From an uncultured Aureimonas sp. (GTDB taxonomy: Bacteria > Pseudomonadota > Alphaproteobacteria > Rhizobiales > Rhizobiaceae): a stretch of 64,000 nt of DNA. Made by a program: the position numbers and the translations under genes. The DNA lies in contig NZ_CAJYIU010000041.1 of NCBI RefSeq assembly GCF_913775355.1, positions 1,503-65,502 on the forward strand, in the 5' to 3' direction. Of the stretch, positions 10,807 through 20,803 are shown piece after piece. The notes under the pieces were generated by a model. It was not told the DNA's origin. It saw only the letters and a program-made list of their open reading frames with translations, and did no database searches. Within the stretch, counting starts at the first letter, position 1. Each line of letters opens with the position of its first letter.

Positions 10807-11564
10807 ACCTCCATGCGATCCGCTCGATCTACCTCTTCGAGATGGCGCGCGCCTGGCGCACGCTCCTCCAGAGCATCGTCGCGCCGGTGATCTCGACCTC
10901 GCTCTACTTCGTGGTGTTCGGCTCTGCCATCGGCTCGCGCATGGACGCGATCGAGGGCGTCTCCTACGGCGCCTTCATCGTGCCGGGCCTCATCATGCTC
11001 TCGCTTCTGACGCAGAGCATCTCCAACGCCTCGTTCGGCATCTACTTCCCGAAGTTCACGGGCACGATCTACGAGATCCTGTCGGCGCCGGTCTCGGCGA
11101 TCGAGATCACCATCGCCTATGTCGGCGCGGCGGCGACGAAGTCGGTGATCCTCGGGCTAATCATCCTCGCCACGGCCGCGCTCTTCGTTCCGCTCCGGAT
11201 CGAGCATCCCGGCTTCATGCTGGCCTTCCTGATGCTGACGGCGGTGACCTTCAGCCTTCTCGGCTTCATCATCGGCATCTGGGCGGAAGGGTTCGAGAAG
11301 CTGCAGATCGTGCCGCTCCTGATCGTCACGCCGCTGACCTTCCTCGGCGGCAGCTTCTACTCGATCTCGATGCTGCCGCCGGTTTGGCAGACGGTGACGC
11401 TGTTCAACCCGGTCGTCTATCTCGTCAGCGGCTTCCGCTGGAGCTTCTACGGCACGTCCGACGTCGGCGTCGGCTGGAGTCTGGCGGCGACGCTCGGCTT
11501 CATGGTCCTGTGCGTCGCCGGGATCTGGTGGATCTTCCGCACGGGGTGGCGCATCCGCGCCTGA
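10803..11564 (+). CDS. ABC-2 type transporter permease (YadH-like)
   Basis: ATGA overlap with ATPase; [18 protein letters not shown], six TM segments. Confidence 0.9.
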
Positions 11565-11584
11565 CCCGGCGGGTGGCGTCGCCG

Positions 11585-12004
11585 TCAGATCGACGAGACG
11601 CCGAGCTGCTTCAGGAGCCCGAGATTGTCGAGCAGCGCCCAGTGCTCGACGAGCTTGTCGCCCTGGAAGCGGAAGAGGTCCATGACCCCGATGTCGATCG
11701 GCTTGCCGGTCGGCTCCAGTCCCATCAGCTCGCCGCCATGCGTGCCCTGCACGCGCAGGTGGATGAGCACGAGGTCGCCCTCGGCGATGGCGTGGCTGAT
11801 GGGCAGCTTCATGTCGGGAATGCCGGGGTTGAGGACGTCTGCGAGCTTGCGCACCCCCTCGATCCCGCGCACCTCGAAGGGCAGGCCGGGGTCGTGGCGC
11901 ACGAAGTCGTCGGCGATGTGGGCGGCCCACCAGGCCTCGTCATGGGCCTGGAACGCCTTGAAGTAGTCCCTGGCCAGTTGCTTGTTCTCTTCCGGCGTCG
12001 CCAT
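11585..12004 (-). CDS. SnoaL-like ester cyclase family protein
   Basis: 139 aa; PDMKLPISHAIAEGDLV, GTHGGELMGLEPTGK, EHW motifs. Confidence 0.85.
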   Translation of the reverse strand: MATPEENKQLARDYFKAFQAHDEAWWAAHIADDFVRHDPGLPFEVRGIEGVRKLADVLNPGIPDMKLPISHAIAEGDLVLIHLRVQGTHGGELMGLEPTGKPIDIGVMDLFRFQGDKLVEHWALLDNLGLLKQLGVSSI

Positions 12005-12034
12005 GTGTCGTCCTCCCGAGACGGCTCTGTGATG

Positions 12035-12631
12035 TCAAAGGCTGGGTACGGTCGCCGCGAAGGCGGGGCGGTCGGCGACCCGGGCGCGCAGGTCTTCGAG
12101 CCGCGGATAGGCCTCGACCCAGGGTTCGCCGGGAAAACGCAGCGCGAGGTAGTCGAGCGCGACCACGCTCGCGATCACCGCGATCGAGGGCGTGCCGCCC
12201 TCGTAGTCGGGCGGATCGCTCTCCAGCTGGCGCATCCCCTCGACGATCGTGCGCCGGCGCTTGAGGCCGACGCGGTGCTCGCCGAAATTCGGGTCGACCT
12301 GCATCCGGTTGGTGACGATGTTGGCCATCGCGTCGACGACGCCCATCGCGCGGCCCGCAAGGCTGATCGTCCGGTCCAGCGGGCCGGGCAGGAGCGAGGG
12401 CTCCGGCACCTTGCGCTCCAGCCAGAGGACCACGAGCAGGCTTTCCGTGATCGGCAGGCCCTCGTCGGTCTCGATCGTCGGCACGCGCGCCGCGCTGTTC
12501 AGGGCAAGAAGGCCCGGATCGTCGCTCCACGGATTGACGATCTCGGTGCCCGAGAGGTCGAACCCCTTCTCACCGAGCGCGATGCGGGCGATCCGGGCAT
12601 AGGGTGACGTCGTGTTGGTGAGGATGCGCAT
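12035..12631 (-). CDS. glutathione S-transferase family protein
   Basis: MRILTNTTSPYARIARIAL, ARVPTIETDEG, TESLLV; TGATG overlap with upstream GST. Confidence 0.85.
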   Translation of the reverse strand: MRILTNTTSPYARIARIALGEKGFDLSGTEIVNPWSDDPGLLALNSAARVPTIETDEGLPITESLLVVLWLERKVPEPSLLPGPLDRTISLAGRAMGVVDAMANIVTNRMQVDPNFGEHRVGLKRRRTIVEGMRQLESDPPDYEGGTPSIAVIASVVALDYLALRFPGEPWVEAYPRLEDLRARVADRPAFAATVPSL

Positions 12632-13581
12632 CAGGCGGCCTCGGCCTGCGAGGCGGCGGCCTCGAGGGGAACCGCGCTGTAGCCGAAGCGCGGGAAGTGG
12701 ACGTGGACGAGCCCGACCCGCTCGTTCTCGTGGCGGATCACGATCTCGTTCCGGTCGGCGGTGACGAGAACGCCGTGGATCGGATCGTTGGCGTCGTCGG
12801 ACCGGATCGCGACCGCGTCGCCCGCCTTCAGGCCGCTCGGGTCGTCGAGATCGACGCCTTCGAGGACGACGGGTTCGGCGGCGCGCGCGATCGCCAGCGC
12901 CTCGTCGGCGCCGAGCGGGCTGCGCGTGCCGTGGCCGAGCGCCGCGACGCGCTCCATCCAGGCGAGGATCGCCGGATCGAAGGGCAGGAGACGATCCGCC
13001 TCCACGCCCGCATGGGTGCGCACGAACCAAAGCGGGTGATAGGCGGAGAGGTCGGCGGCCGATACCGTGTCGCCGATCAGGAAGGGGCGGCCGTCGCGCA
13101 GCATGTCGGCGAGATGCGTCATCTGGGCGGCGACACGCTGGCGGTTGAGGCCGAGGTCGCGCAGCGAGGCGGCTTTCGAGAAGTCATGCCGCATAAAGGC
13201 GATGCGGTCCTCGATGAATTCGGGCGGCACGCCGTCGCCGATGATCGAGGTCGCGATCGAGGCCGCGGGGATGAAGGTCGTCGTGTCGGCCCACCAGGAC
13301 AGGATGGCGGCCAGCCCCGTCTGCCCGCCGGGATAGAGCGTCGGTTCGGGATAGCGGCGTTCGAGCTCCCGGAAGATGAGGAGCGTGTCACAGTAGACGT
13401 CGGCGCCGATCTGCAGCACCGGCGAACGGCGATAGCCGGCCGTCAGCGGCACGGTGTCGGGCCGCGGCGGCCAGATCGGCGTCTCCACCGAGCGCCAGGC
13501 CAACCCCTTGAGCCCGAAGGCGAGACGGACCTTCTCGCCGAACGGGGACAGGTCGTAGTGGTGCAGGATCGGCTGGTCCAT
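12631..13581 (-). CDS. glutathione S-transferase family protein with C-terminal extension
   Basis: 316 aa; LHHYDLSPFGEKVR, GYRRSPVLQIGADVYCDT, C-terminal VHVHFPRFGY. Confidence 0.88.
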   Translation of the reverse strand: MDQPILHHYDLSPFGEKVRLAFGLKGLAWRSVETPIWPPRPDTVPLTAGYRRSPVLQIGADVYCDTLLIFRELERRYPEPTLYPGGQTGLAAILSWWADTTTFIPAASIATSIIGDGVPPEFIEDRIAFMRHDFSKAASLRDLGLNRQRVAAQMTHLADMLRDGRPFLIGDTVSAADLSAYHPLWFVRTHAGVEADRLLPFDPAILAWMERVAALGHGTRSPLGADEALAIARAAEPVVLEGVDLDDPSGLKAGDAVAIRSDDANDPIHGVLVTADRNEIVIRHENERVGLVHVHFPRFGYSAVPLEAAASQAEAA

Positions 13582-13624
13582 GGCGACGTTCCTCCCGAGA
13601 ACGCGTTTCGATGATGACGAGGCC

Positions 13625-14830
13625 TCAGGCGAGGCAGCGCCGGAAGATGGCCTCGGCTTGCCCGACCGTCATCTTGCGGGCCGAGGGACAGGCGATCACG
13701 GTGTGGTCGTTGGCGGTGGCCGGGTCGAAGTCGCGTGCGGCGATGCCGGCATAGAGGCCGGGCACCGCGCGCTGCGCCATCTCGCGCACACGATCCTCGT
13801 GCAACTGCTCGCGGGTGAAATGCTCGGGGAAGCCGATGTCGCGGTAGAGCGAGCGGATCGCCTCCGCGCAGGCTTCGATCATCTCGGACCGCGCCAAGCC
13901 GGCGGTCTCGACCTCCAGCGCTTCGGCGAGCGGCTTCACCTTGTGGGGCAGGACGGCAAGGTTGAAGGCCGTCACATGCGGCAGGAGAACGCCGACGCCG
14001 TAGGGGTGGGGCAGGTCGAGATGGCCCTCGAGCGGCAGCGACAGGGCGTGGCCGTGACCGAGCCGGGCGTTGCCGCAGGCGATGTTGGCCATGCAGGAGG
14101 CGACGAGATTGTCCTCGCGAGCGCGCTCGTCGTCGGAATTGATCGATGCGCGCAGCGACCCGTACTGGAGGCGCACGGCCGCGATCGCCAGCGCGTCGGT
14201 GATCGGCGAGCCGATGGCGCTGAAATAGGCCTCGACGGCATGGGTCAGCGCGTCGACCGCCGGCAGGGCCGCCACGCGCATCGGCAGCGAGCGCAGCGTC
14301 ACGGGATCGAGGATCGCCGCATCCGGAAAGCTGAGCGGTCCGCCGCCGAGAAGCTTCAGGTGGCGCTCCTCGTCCTTGACGATCGTCCACTGCGAGACCT
14401 CGGAGCCCGAGCCGGCCGTGGTCGGCACCATGATCATCGGAAGCGCGCGCTTGTCGAACCGGCCGACGCCGGTGCACTCGGCCATCGGCTTGTGGTTGGT
14501 CGCGACGATGGCGATGCCCTTGCCGGTGCACATCACCGACCCGCCGCCGATACAGACGACCCCGTCGATGCCCTCGCGCCGGACGCGCGCGCCCTCGGTG
14601 TCGATATGCGAGCAGCGCGCGTCGATGCCGCAGTCGTCGAAGCGGGCGGTGGTGATCCCGGCGGCCTCGAGCGCGGCGATCGCGTCGGTATGGAAGGGCT
14701 GCTGCGAGATCACCGGGTCGGACACGACGAGGACGCGGCTCATCGTCAGATCGCGCGCGAGCGTCCCGATCGTGGCGAGCGAGCCCTGGCCGGCGACGAC
14801 GCGCGTCGGCATGTAGAAATGGCTGATCAA
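13625..14830 (-). CDS. iron-containing alcohol dehydrogenase
   Basis: TTG start with GGGAGG RBS; GGGS, VPTTAGSGSE, DALTHAVE and metal-binding His motifs. Confidence 0.88.
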   Translation of the reverse strand: MISHFYMPTRVVAGQGSLATIGTLARDLTMSRVLVVSDPVISQQPFHTDAIAALEAAGITTARFDDCGIDARCSHIDTEGARVRREGIDGVVCIGGGSVMCTGKGIAIVATNHKPMAECTGVGRFDKRALPMIMVPTTAGSGSEVSQWTIVKDEERHLKLLGGGPLSFPDAAILDPVTLRSLPMRVAALPAVDALTHAVEAYFSAIGSPITDALAIAAVRLQYGSLRASINSDDERAREDNLVASCMANIACGNARLGHGHALSLPLEGHLDLPHPYGVGVLLPHVTAFNLAVLPHKVKPLAEALEVETAGLARSEMIEACAEAIRSLYRDIGFPEHFTREQLHEDRVREMAQRAVPGLYAGIAARDFDPATANDHTVIACPSARKMTVGQAEAIFRRCLA

Positions 14831-14956
14831 CGACGTTTCCTCCCGAAGCGCCGAGGCGGGTCTGGCCGCCGGTCGGACCGAAGATGGCGCGGCGGTCGAG
14901 CGCCGCGCCAATAGGGCTTTTGTGGAGCCGCTATCGTCGCACCCTATGGCGCGCGA

Positions 14957-16423
14957 TCAGCCGTGCTTGATGATCGTGGTGCGGATCGTCGAGATGTCGT
15001 GGAGGGCCGCAAAGCCCTTCTCGCGCCCGTGGCCGGACTTTTTCATGCCGCCGAAGGGCAGCTCGATGCCGCCGCCCGCGCCGAAGGCGTTGATGTAGAC
15101 CTGCCCCGCCTTGATGCCGCGCGAGACGCGAACGGCCCGGTTGCCGTCGTGCGACCAGACGGCGGCCATCAGGCCGTAGTCCGTGCCGTTGGCAAGGCGC
15201 ACGGCGTCAGCCTCATCTTCGAAGGGGAGGACGGACAGAACCGGGCCGAAGACCTCCTTGTTGGCCAGTTCGTTGCCGCGCGGCACCGGGCCGTAGATGC
15301 GCGGCGCCACGAAGAAGCCGCCGTCCGGCACGCCAGCGGCGATCGTGCCGCTGGCGAGCACCGGGACCGATCCGTCCTCGGCACGGGCGAAGAAGCCCTC
15401 GATGCGCTGCTTCTGCGTGGCGTTGATCACCGGACCGAGGTCGCGGTCCATCTCGGGCGTGCCGGCGACGAGCTTGCCGAACCGATCGGCGAGCGCGGTG
15501 ACGACCCGTTCGTAGGCGGCCTTCTCGACAAGGACGCGCGAGCCGGCCGAGCAGGTCTGCCCGGCGTTCTGCACCATGGTATTGGCGATCACGCTCGCGG
15601 CCGTGTCGAGGTCGGCGTCGCCGAACACGACATGCGGGCTCTTGCCGCCGAGCTCCAGCGTGCAGCCGATGTGGTTGCGCGCGGCCGCCGTCTGGATCAG
15701 CGTGCCGACCTCGGGCGAGCCGGTGAAGGAGATGAAGTCGATGTCGGGATGGCCGGAAAGCGCCGCCCCCGCCTCCTCGCCGAGCCCCGGCACCACGGCG
15801 ATGGCCCCTTCGGGAAAGCCCACCTCGGCCATGAGTTCCGCAAGGCGCAGCGGGGTGAGGCAGGCGTCCTCTGCCGGCTTGACGACGCAGGCATTGCCCA
15901 TCGCGAGCGCCGGGCCGACCGTGCGCCCGAACATCTGCGCCGGGTAGTTCCAGGGAATGACGTGGGCGGTGACGCCGAAGGGGACGCGCTCGGTGGTGAC
16001 GAAGTAGCCCGGCAGGAAGGGGATCGTCTCGCCGTGGACCTTGTCGGCCGCGCCGCCGTAGAACTCGAAATAGCGGGCCGTGGCGACCATGTCCGCCCGC
16101 GCCTGCTTCATCGGCTTGCCGGTGTCGCGCGCCTCGAGGCGGGCGAGGTCCTCGGCGTTGGCCTCGATCGCGAGGGCGAGCTTCGTCAGGAGCCGGCCGC
16201 GCTCGGTCGCCGACATCCGGCCCCAGGCTCCGCCCTCGGCGGCCTTGCGCGCCGCCTTGACCGCGCGGTCGACATCCTCCGCGCCACCGGCGGCGATCTC
16301 GGCGAAGACGGTGCCCTCGGCCGGCGCGACCACCGGAACGGTGCGCCCGCTGGCCGGTGCGTGCCAGCGGTTGTCGATGAAGACGCCCTTGGCGGCTTCG
16401 GGAGCTTTGGTGTGGGCGTTCAT
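14957..16423 (-). CDS. aldehyde dehydrogenase
   Basis: IPWNYP, FTGSPEVG, LELGGKSP, catalytic GQTCSA, EVFGPV, GGMKKSG. Confidence 0.95.
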   Translation of the reverse strand: MNAHTKAPEAAKGVFIDNRWHAPASGRTVPVVAPAEGTVFAEIAAGGAEDVDRAVKAARKAAEGGAWGRMSATERGRLLTKLALAIEANAEDLARLEARDTGKPMKQARADMVATARYFEFYGGAADKVHGETIPFLPGYFVTTERVPFGVTAHVIPWNYPAQMFGRTVGPALAMGNACVVKPAEDACLTPLRLAELMAEVGFPEGAIAVVPGLGEEAGAALSGHPDIDFISFTGSPEVGTLIQTAAARNHIGCTLELGGKSPHVVFGDADLDTAASVIANTMVQNAGQTCSAGSRVLVEKAAYERVVTALADRFGKLVAGTPEMDRDLGPVINATQKQRIEGFFARAEDGSVPVLASGTIAAGVPDGGFFVAPRIYGPVPRGNELANKEVFGPVLSVLPFEDEADAVRLANGTDYGLMAAVWSHDGNRAVRVSRGIKAGQVYINAFGAGGGIELPFGGMKKSGHGREKGFAALHDISTIRTTIIKHG

Positions 16424-16581
16424 GAAGGTCTCCTCGCCACGACGCGACTGGGGAGGCGGACGCATCCGGCGGCGAGCGCTCTCGCTCAAGCCACCCTCCT
16501 CGAACGCGTCCGCCCGTTCGGTGTCGCAGGAGGATATCGGCCGCGGCGGGCACGCTGCCCAACACAGTTTTGCGCGACCTC

Positions 16582-16600
16582 GCATAGGCTTGCCCTATGC
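16582..16600. promoter_or_regulatory. LysR-type (T-N11-A) operator upstream of ALDH operon
   Basis: Perfect dyad GCATAG-N7-CTATGC containing ATA-N9-TAT, between LysR stop and ALDH start. Confidence 0.65.
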
Positions 16601-16617
16601 CCGGCCCGGTGTGGCGG

Positions 16618-17565
16618 CTAGCTGCTGACCCGCATCTGCGCGCCGCTCCATTCGCCCGAGCGGACGAGGTCGCGCAGCGTCTGCCGGCACAGCTTCTCCA
16701 CGGCCTGCACGGCGTGCGACAGCGGCCGGTCGATCGGCTCGACGAGATGCACCGTCCGCAGGAAGGCCGGCTCGAACGGCCAGGCACGGATCGCCCCGCC
16801 CTTGGTCTCGCGCCGGATCGCATGGGCGGGAAGGACGGAATAGCCGAGGCCCTTCTCGACCAGCGACTTGATCGCGCCGTAGGCGTCGATCTCGATGGCG
16901 GCGGACAGGCGCGTTCCCTCGGTGGCCGCCCGTTCGTCGAGAAGGTCGCGTAAGCCATGGCCGGGGCTCGGCAGAATCAGCGGCAGGCCCGCCAGCAGCG
17001 AGGCCGGAACGGAGGACCCCGACGGGGGGAGCGCTGCCGTATCGGGGTCCGACGCCGGGCCGAAGAGGTGCAGCGCCTCCGACAGGAGGCCGATGGAGCG
17101 CAGGCCCCGATCCTCGACGAAGGCGTAGAGAAGGCCGAGGTCGACGCGTCCGAGCCGCAGCCAGTCGAGGACGTAGCCGCTCATCGCCTCGGCGATGCGA
17201 AGCTTGACCTTCGGCAGGCGCTCCTGCGCGGCCAGCACCAGCGGAACGCCGAGCACCTGCGCGATCGAGGAGGGGAGGCCCAATCGCACCTCGCCCGCCG
17301 GCTCGGCGCCGCTGCCGCGGATCTCGCGCTCGGCCTCCTCGAACTGCGCGACGATGGCGCGCGCGTTGCGCAGGAGAATCTCGCCCGCTTCCGTCGGCTG
17401 CACGCCCTGCGCGGTGCGGAACAGGAGCGGCACGCCAAGATCGGCCTCCATGTTGCGCACATGAAGGCTGAGCGAGGGTTGCGCGATGTTGAGCCGCCCC
17501 GAGGCGCGCGAGATCGAGCCGCTCTCCACTATGGCGACGAAGTATCGAAGCTGCCTGACGTCCAC
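16618..17565 (-). CDS. LysR family transcriptional regulator (Nac-like)
   Basis: MDVRQLRYFVAIVESGSISRASGRLNIAQPSLS HTH, LFRTAQGVQPTEAG. Confidence 0.95.
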   Translation of the reverse strand: MDVRQLRYFVAIVESGSISRASGRLNIAQPSLSLHVRNMEADLGVPLLFRTAQGVQPTEAGEILLRNARAIVAQFEEAEREIRGSGAEPAGEVRLGLPSSIAQVLGVPLVLAAQERLPKVKLRIAEAMSGYVLDWLRLGRVDLGLLYAFVEDRGLRSIGLLSEALHLFGPASDPDTAALPPSGSSVPASLLAGLPLILPSPGHGLRDLLDERAATEGTRLSAAIEIDAYGAIKSLVEKGLGYSVLPAHAIRRETKGGAIRAWPFEPAFLRTVHLVEPIDRPLSHAVQAVEKLCRQTLRDLVRSGEWSGAQMRVSS

Positions 17566-17633
17566 GCGCGAATCCTCCAGCGTCGAGGATAGCGGCTCCC
17601 CCGATCGCCGTCACCGCGTGGAATGCCCCACGC

Positions 17634-17666
17634 AAAAAAGCCGCCGCACCGAAGTGCGACGGCCTT
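17634..17666 (-). terminator. intrinsic terminator
   Basis: minus strand ggccgtcgcac-ttcg-gtgcggcggc followed by TTTTTT. Confidence 0.75.
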
Positions 17667-17683
17667 TCCGTTCAGAGATGGCC

Positions 17684-18067
17684 TTAGTTGGCAGGCGTGA
17701 CCGTGTCGTCACCGGCGCTCGTGCCCGGGACCGGCACCGACGAGTCGCGCGCAACCGGCGCGGCGTCGCGCGGCACGACGACCGTGCTGGCAGCCTCGGC
17801 GTCGATCGCCGAACCGATGCCCGACGTGTTGCCCGGGACCGGGATCGAGCTGGTGGCGGCGTCGGTCGTGGCCGGGGGCGCGTCGCGGTTGGTCTTGACC
17901 TCGGAGGCCTGATCGGCCGGCAGGACGCTGTCGAGGCCCGCGCTGGTGCCCGGCACCGGGACCGACGAGGAGTTCTGCGGGGTCGCGACCGACGGCGCGG
18001 ACTGCGCGAGGGCGGCGCCGCTGGTCAGGGCAAGGGCGGAGACGGCGGCAAGGATGGTGAGTTTCAT
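17684..18067 (-). CDS. small exported low-complexity protein with three SS(V/I)PVPG(T/N)(S/T)xG repeats
   Basis: MKLTILAAVSALALTSGAALA signal peptide; three spaced repeats; own terminator. Confidence 0.8.
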   Translation of the reverse strand: MKLTILAAVSALALTSGAALAQSAPSVATPQNSSSVPVPGTSAGLDSVLPADQASEVKTNRDAPPATTDAATSSIPVPGNTSGIGSAIDAEAASTVVVPRDAAPVARDSSVPVPGTSAGDDTVTPAN

Positions 18068-18094
18068 GGAGTGATCCCTTTCATTTTGCCGAAT

Positions 18095-18120
18095 AAGCAA
18101 ATGGGAGGGCTCCTCGTTCC
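18095..18120 (-). promoter_or_regulatory. putative EcfG/RpoE2-type promoter
   Basis: GGAAC-N17-GCTT (GGAAC-N19-TT), about 28 bp upstream of the repeat-protein ATG. Confidence 0.45.
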
Positions 18121-18417
18121 CATCGTGTACGAGATTATTTCAAAAATATGGCGCGCGGCGTTCCTCGAGGTGCCGCAACGTCAGATTTCCTCTCGGGCAT
18201 CGCATTTTGAAAGCGAGCAGCGGCCACTTCCAGGCAAAGCGATTGCGGCCGGGCGCACGCGCGAGACGGGTGGGACGCTCGGCCGAATCGTGCCATCGTG
18301 CGCCCGCGCCGGCCGGGAGGAAACAGGCCGCGCGGGCGTCCGTCTGCGCCGCCGCACCGCCCGTTCGCGGCGGCGGCGGCGGGCGGCGGCCGCTTCGCAA
18401 GGGGAGGACGACGCAGG

Positions 18418-19476
18418 ATGAAGACCATCAAGGGACCGGGCATCTTCCTGGCGCAGTTCGCCGGGGACGAAGCGCCCTTCAACTCCTTCGACGCGATCTG
18501 CGGCTGGGCCGCCGGGCACGGCTACAAGGGCGTGCAGATCCCGACCTGGGACGCCCGCCTCTTCGATCTCGAGCGCGCGTCGGAATCGAAGGACTACTGC
18601 GACGAGATCGCCGGTGTCGCCGCGCAGCACGGTCTCGCGATCACCGAGCTGTCCACCCACCTCCAGGGCCAGCTCGTCGCCGTGCACCCGGCCTACGACG
18701 AAGCCTTCGACGGCTTCGCGGCACCCCATGTGCGGGGCAACGCGAAGGCGCGTCAGGACTGGGCGACCGACCAGGTGAAGCGCGCGCTCACCGCCTCGCG
18801 TCATCTCGGCCTCAAGGCGCACGCGACCTTTTCCGGCGCGCTCGCCTGGCCCTTCGTCTACCCGTGGCCGCAGCGGCCGGCCGGCCTCGTCGAGACCGCG
18901 TTCGACGAGCTGGCGCGCCGCTGGAAGCCGATCCTAGACCATGCCGAGACCGAAGGCGTCGACATCGCCTACGAGATCCATCCCGGCGAAGACCTCCACG
19001 ACGGCGCCTCCTACGAGATGTTCCTGGAGCGCACCGGCGACCATGCCCGCGCCAACCTCCTCTACGATCCCTCGCATTTCGTCCTGCAGGGCCTCGACTA
19101 CCTCGCCTATATCGACATCTACCACGAGCGCATCCGCGCCTTTCACGCCAAGGACGCCGAGTTCAATCCGACCGGCCGCCAGGGCGTCTACGGCGGTTTC
19201 CAGTCCTGGGCGAACCGGGCCGGCCGCTTCCGCTCGCTCGGCGACGGGCAGGTCGATTTCTCCGGCGTCTTCTCCAAGCTCACGCAATACGGCTTCGACG
19301 GCTGGGCGGTCTTGGAATGGGAGTGCGCGCTCAAGCACCCGGAGCAGGGCGCGGCCGAGGGCGCGCCCTTCATCGCCGCCCATATCATCCGCGTGACCGA
19401 GCGCGCCTTCGACGATTTTGCCGCCGGCGGCACCGACGACGCCGCCAACCGCCGCATGCTCGGCCTCGACGCTTAA
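18418..19476 (+). CDS. sugar phosphate isomerase/epimerase (xylose isomerase-like TIM barrel, AP2Ec/IolE superfamily)
   Basis: MKTIKGPGIFLAQF; metal motifs YEIHPGE, YDPSH, FHAKD, LEWEC. Confidence 0.85.
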   Translation: MKTIKGPGIFLAQFAGDEAPFNSFDAICGWAAGHGYKGVQIPTWDARLFDLERASESKDYCDEIAGVAAQHGLAITELSTHLQGQLVAVHPAYDEAFDGFAAPHVRGNAKARQDWATDQVKRALTASRHLGLKAHATFSGALAWPFVYPWPQRPAGLVETAFDELARRWKPILDHAETEGVDIAYEIHPGEDLHDGASYEMFLERTGDHARANLLYDPSHFVLQGLDYLAYIDIYHERIRAFHAKDAEFNPTGRQGVYGGFQSWANRAGRFRSLGDGQVDFSGVFSKLTQYGFDGWAVLEWECALKHPEQGAAEGAPFIAAHIIRVTERAFDDFAAGGTDDAANRRMLGLDA

Positions 19477-19487
19477 GGAGACGCAAC

Positions 19488-20666
19488 ATGGCCATCGAGG
19501 CAGGCAAGGGAACCGAAGGCGGCGCGCGGCGCATCCGGCTCGGCATGGTGGGCGGCGGGCAGGGGGCCTTCATCGGGGCCGTCCACCGCATCGCCGCGCG
19601 GCTCGACGACCGGTACGAGCTCGTGGCGGGCGCGCTCTCGTCGGACGCCGAGCGTGCCCGCGCGTCGGCGGCCGACCTCGGGCTCGCCCCGGATCGCTCC
19701 TACGCGAGCTTCTCCGAGATGGCCGCGGCCGAGGCCGCGCGCGCCGACGGGATCGAGGCGGTCTCGATCGTCACGCCCAACCACATGCACGCTCCGGCGG
19801 CCAAGGCCTTCCTGGAAACCGGCATCCACGTCATCTGCGACAAGCCCCTGTCGGTCTCGGTCGCGGAGGCCGAGGACCTCGTGGCGCTGCAGGCGAAGAG
19901 CGGGCGCATCTTCGCGCTCACCCACAACTACACCGGCTACCCCCTGATCCGGCAGGCGCGGGCGATGGTCGAGGCGGGCGAGCTCGGAGAGATCCGCCTC
20001 GTGCAGATGGAGTACGCGCAGGACTGGCTGTCCGAGCGCGCCGAGGCGACGGGCTCGAAGCAGGCCGAGTGGCGCACCGACCCGGCGCGCTCGGGCGCCG
20101 GCGGCTGCATCGGCGACATCGGCACGCATGCCTACAATCTCGGCGCCTTCGTCTCGGGCCTGAAGACGCGCGAGCTTCTGGCCGAGCTCACGACCTTCGT
20201 CGAAGGCCGAGCACTCGACGACGACGTGCGCGTGCTCCTGCGCTACGAGGGCGGCGCCAAGGGCGTGCTCTGGGCGAGCCAGGTCGCGGTCGGCAACGAG
20301 AACGCGCTGCGGCTGCAGGTATACGGCACCAAGGGCGGGCTCGAATGGTGCCAGGAGAACCCCAACCAGCTCTGGTTCTCGCGCCTCGGGCAGCCGAAGC
20401 AGCTCCTCACCCGCAACGGCGCGGGCTCGCTGGCTGCCGCTGCGCGGATGACGCGAGTGCCGCCGGGCCATCCCGAAGGCTATCTCGAGGGCTTCGCCAA
20501 CATCTATTCCGAGGTGGCCGAGGCGATCCTCGCCGCGCGCGGCGGCGGGGCACCGGACGGTGCCGTCACCTATCCCACCGTCGCGGACGGGCTGGCCGGC
20601 ATGCGCTTCATCGAGGCGGCCGTCGCCTCGTCGCGCGGCGGCAGCGTCTGGACGCCGGTCGGCTGA
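19488..20666 (+). CDS. Gfo/Idh/MocA family oxidoreductase
   Basis: RLGMVGGGQGAFIG, IVTPNHMH, ICDKP, GDIGTHAY. Confidence 0.92.
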   Translation: MAIEAGKGTEGGARRIRLGMVGGGQGAFIGAVHRIAARLDDRYELVAGALSSDAERARASAADLGLAPDRSYASFSEMAAAEAARADGIEAVSIVTPNHMHAPAAKAFLETGIHVICDKPLSVSVAEAEDLVALQAKSGRIFALTHNYTGYPLIRQARAMVEAGELGEIRLVQMEYAQDWLSERAEATGSKQAEWRTDPARSGAGGCIGDIGTHAYNLGAFVSGLKTRELLAELTTFVEGRALDDDVRVLLRYEGGAKGVLWASQVAVGNENALRLQVYGTKGGLEWCQENPNQLWFSRLGQPKQLLTRNGAGSLAAAARMTRVPPGHPEGYLEGFANIYSEVAEAILAARGGGAPDGAVTYPTVADGLAGMRFIEAAVASSRGGSVWTPVG

Positions 20667-20710
20667 TCCGGGTCGTTGACGGTTGTGTGAACTCGCGCGA
20701 GGCGATTGAT

Positions 20711-20723
20711 TTTGTCGGACAAA
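20711..20723. promoter_or_regulatory. putative GntR/FadR-type operator
   Basis: Perfect dyad TTTGTC-G-GACAAA in the 137-bp gap before the sugar ABC ATPase. Confidence 0.5.
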
Positions 20724-20803
20724 TCGACAAGCTAGACTGATGATCGAGGAGACGACGGAATCGGGCTTGGGAGAGCCCCCGTCGGTCTTGGGAGGGAACA
20801 GCG

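Noticed and set aside
14904-14953. Inverted repeat cgcgcca-ataggg...ccctat-ggcgcg between ALDH and FeADH
   Set aside because: Single copy in the window; could be an mRNA-stabilising hairpin, with no evidence for a repeat family
18234-18246. LacI-like site GCAAAGCGATTGC before the sugar operon
   Set aside because: Short, imperfect, and no LacI gene nearby; not distinguishable from chance
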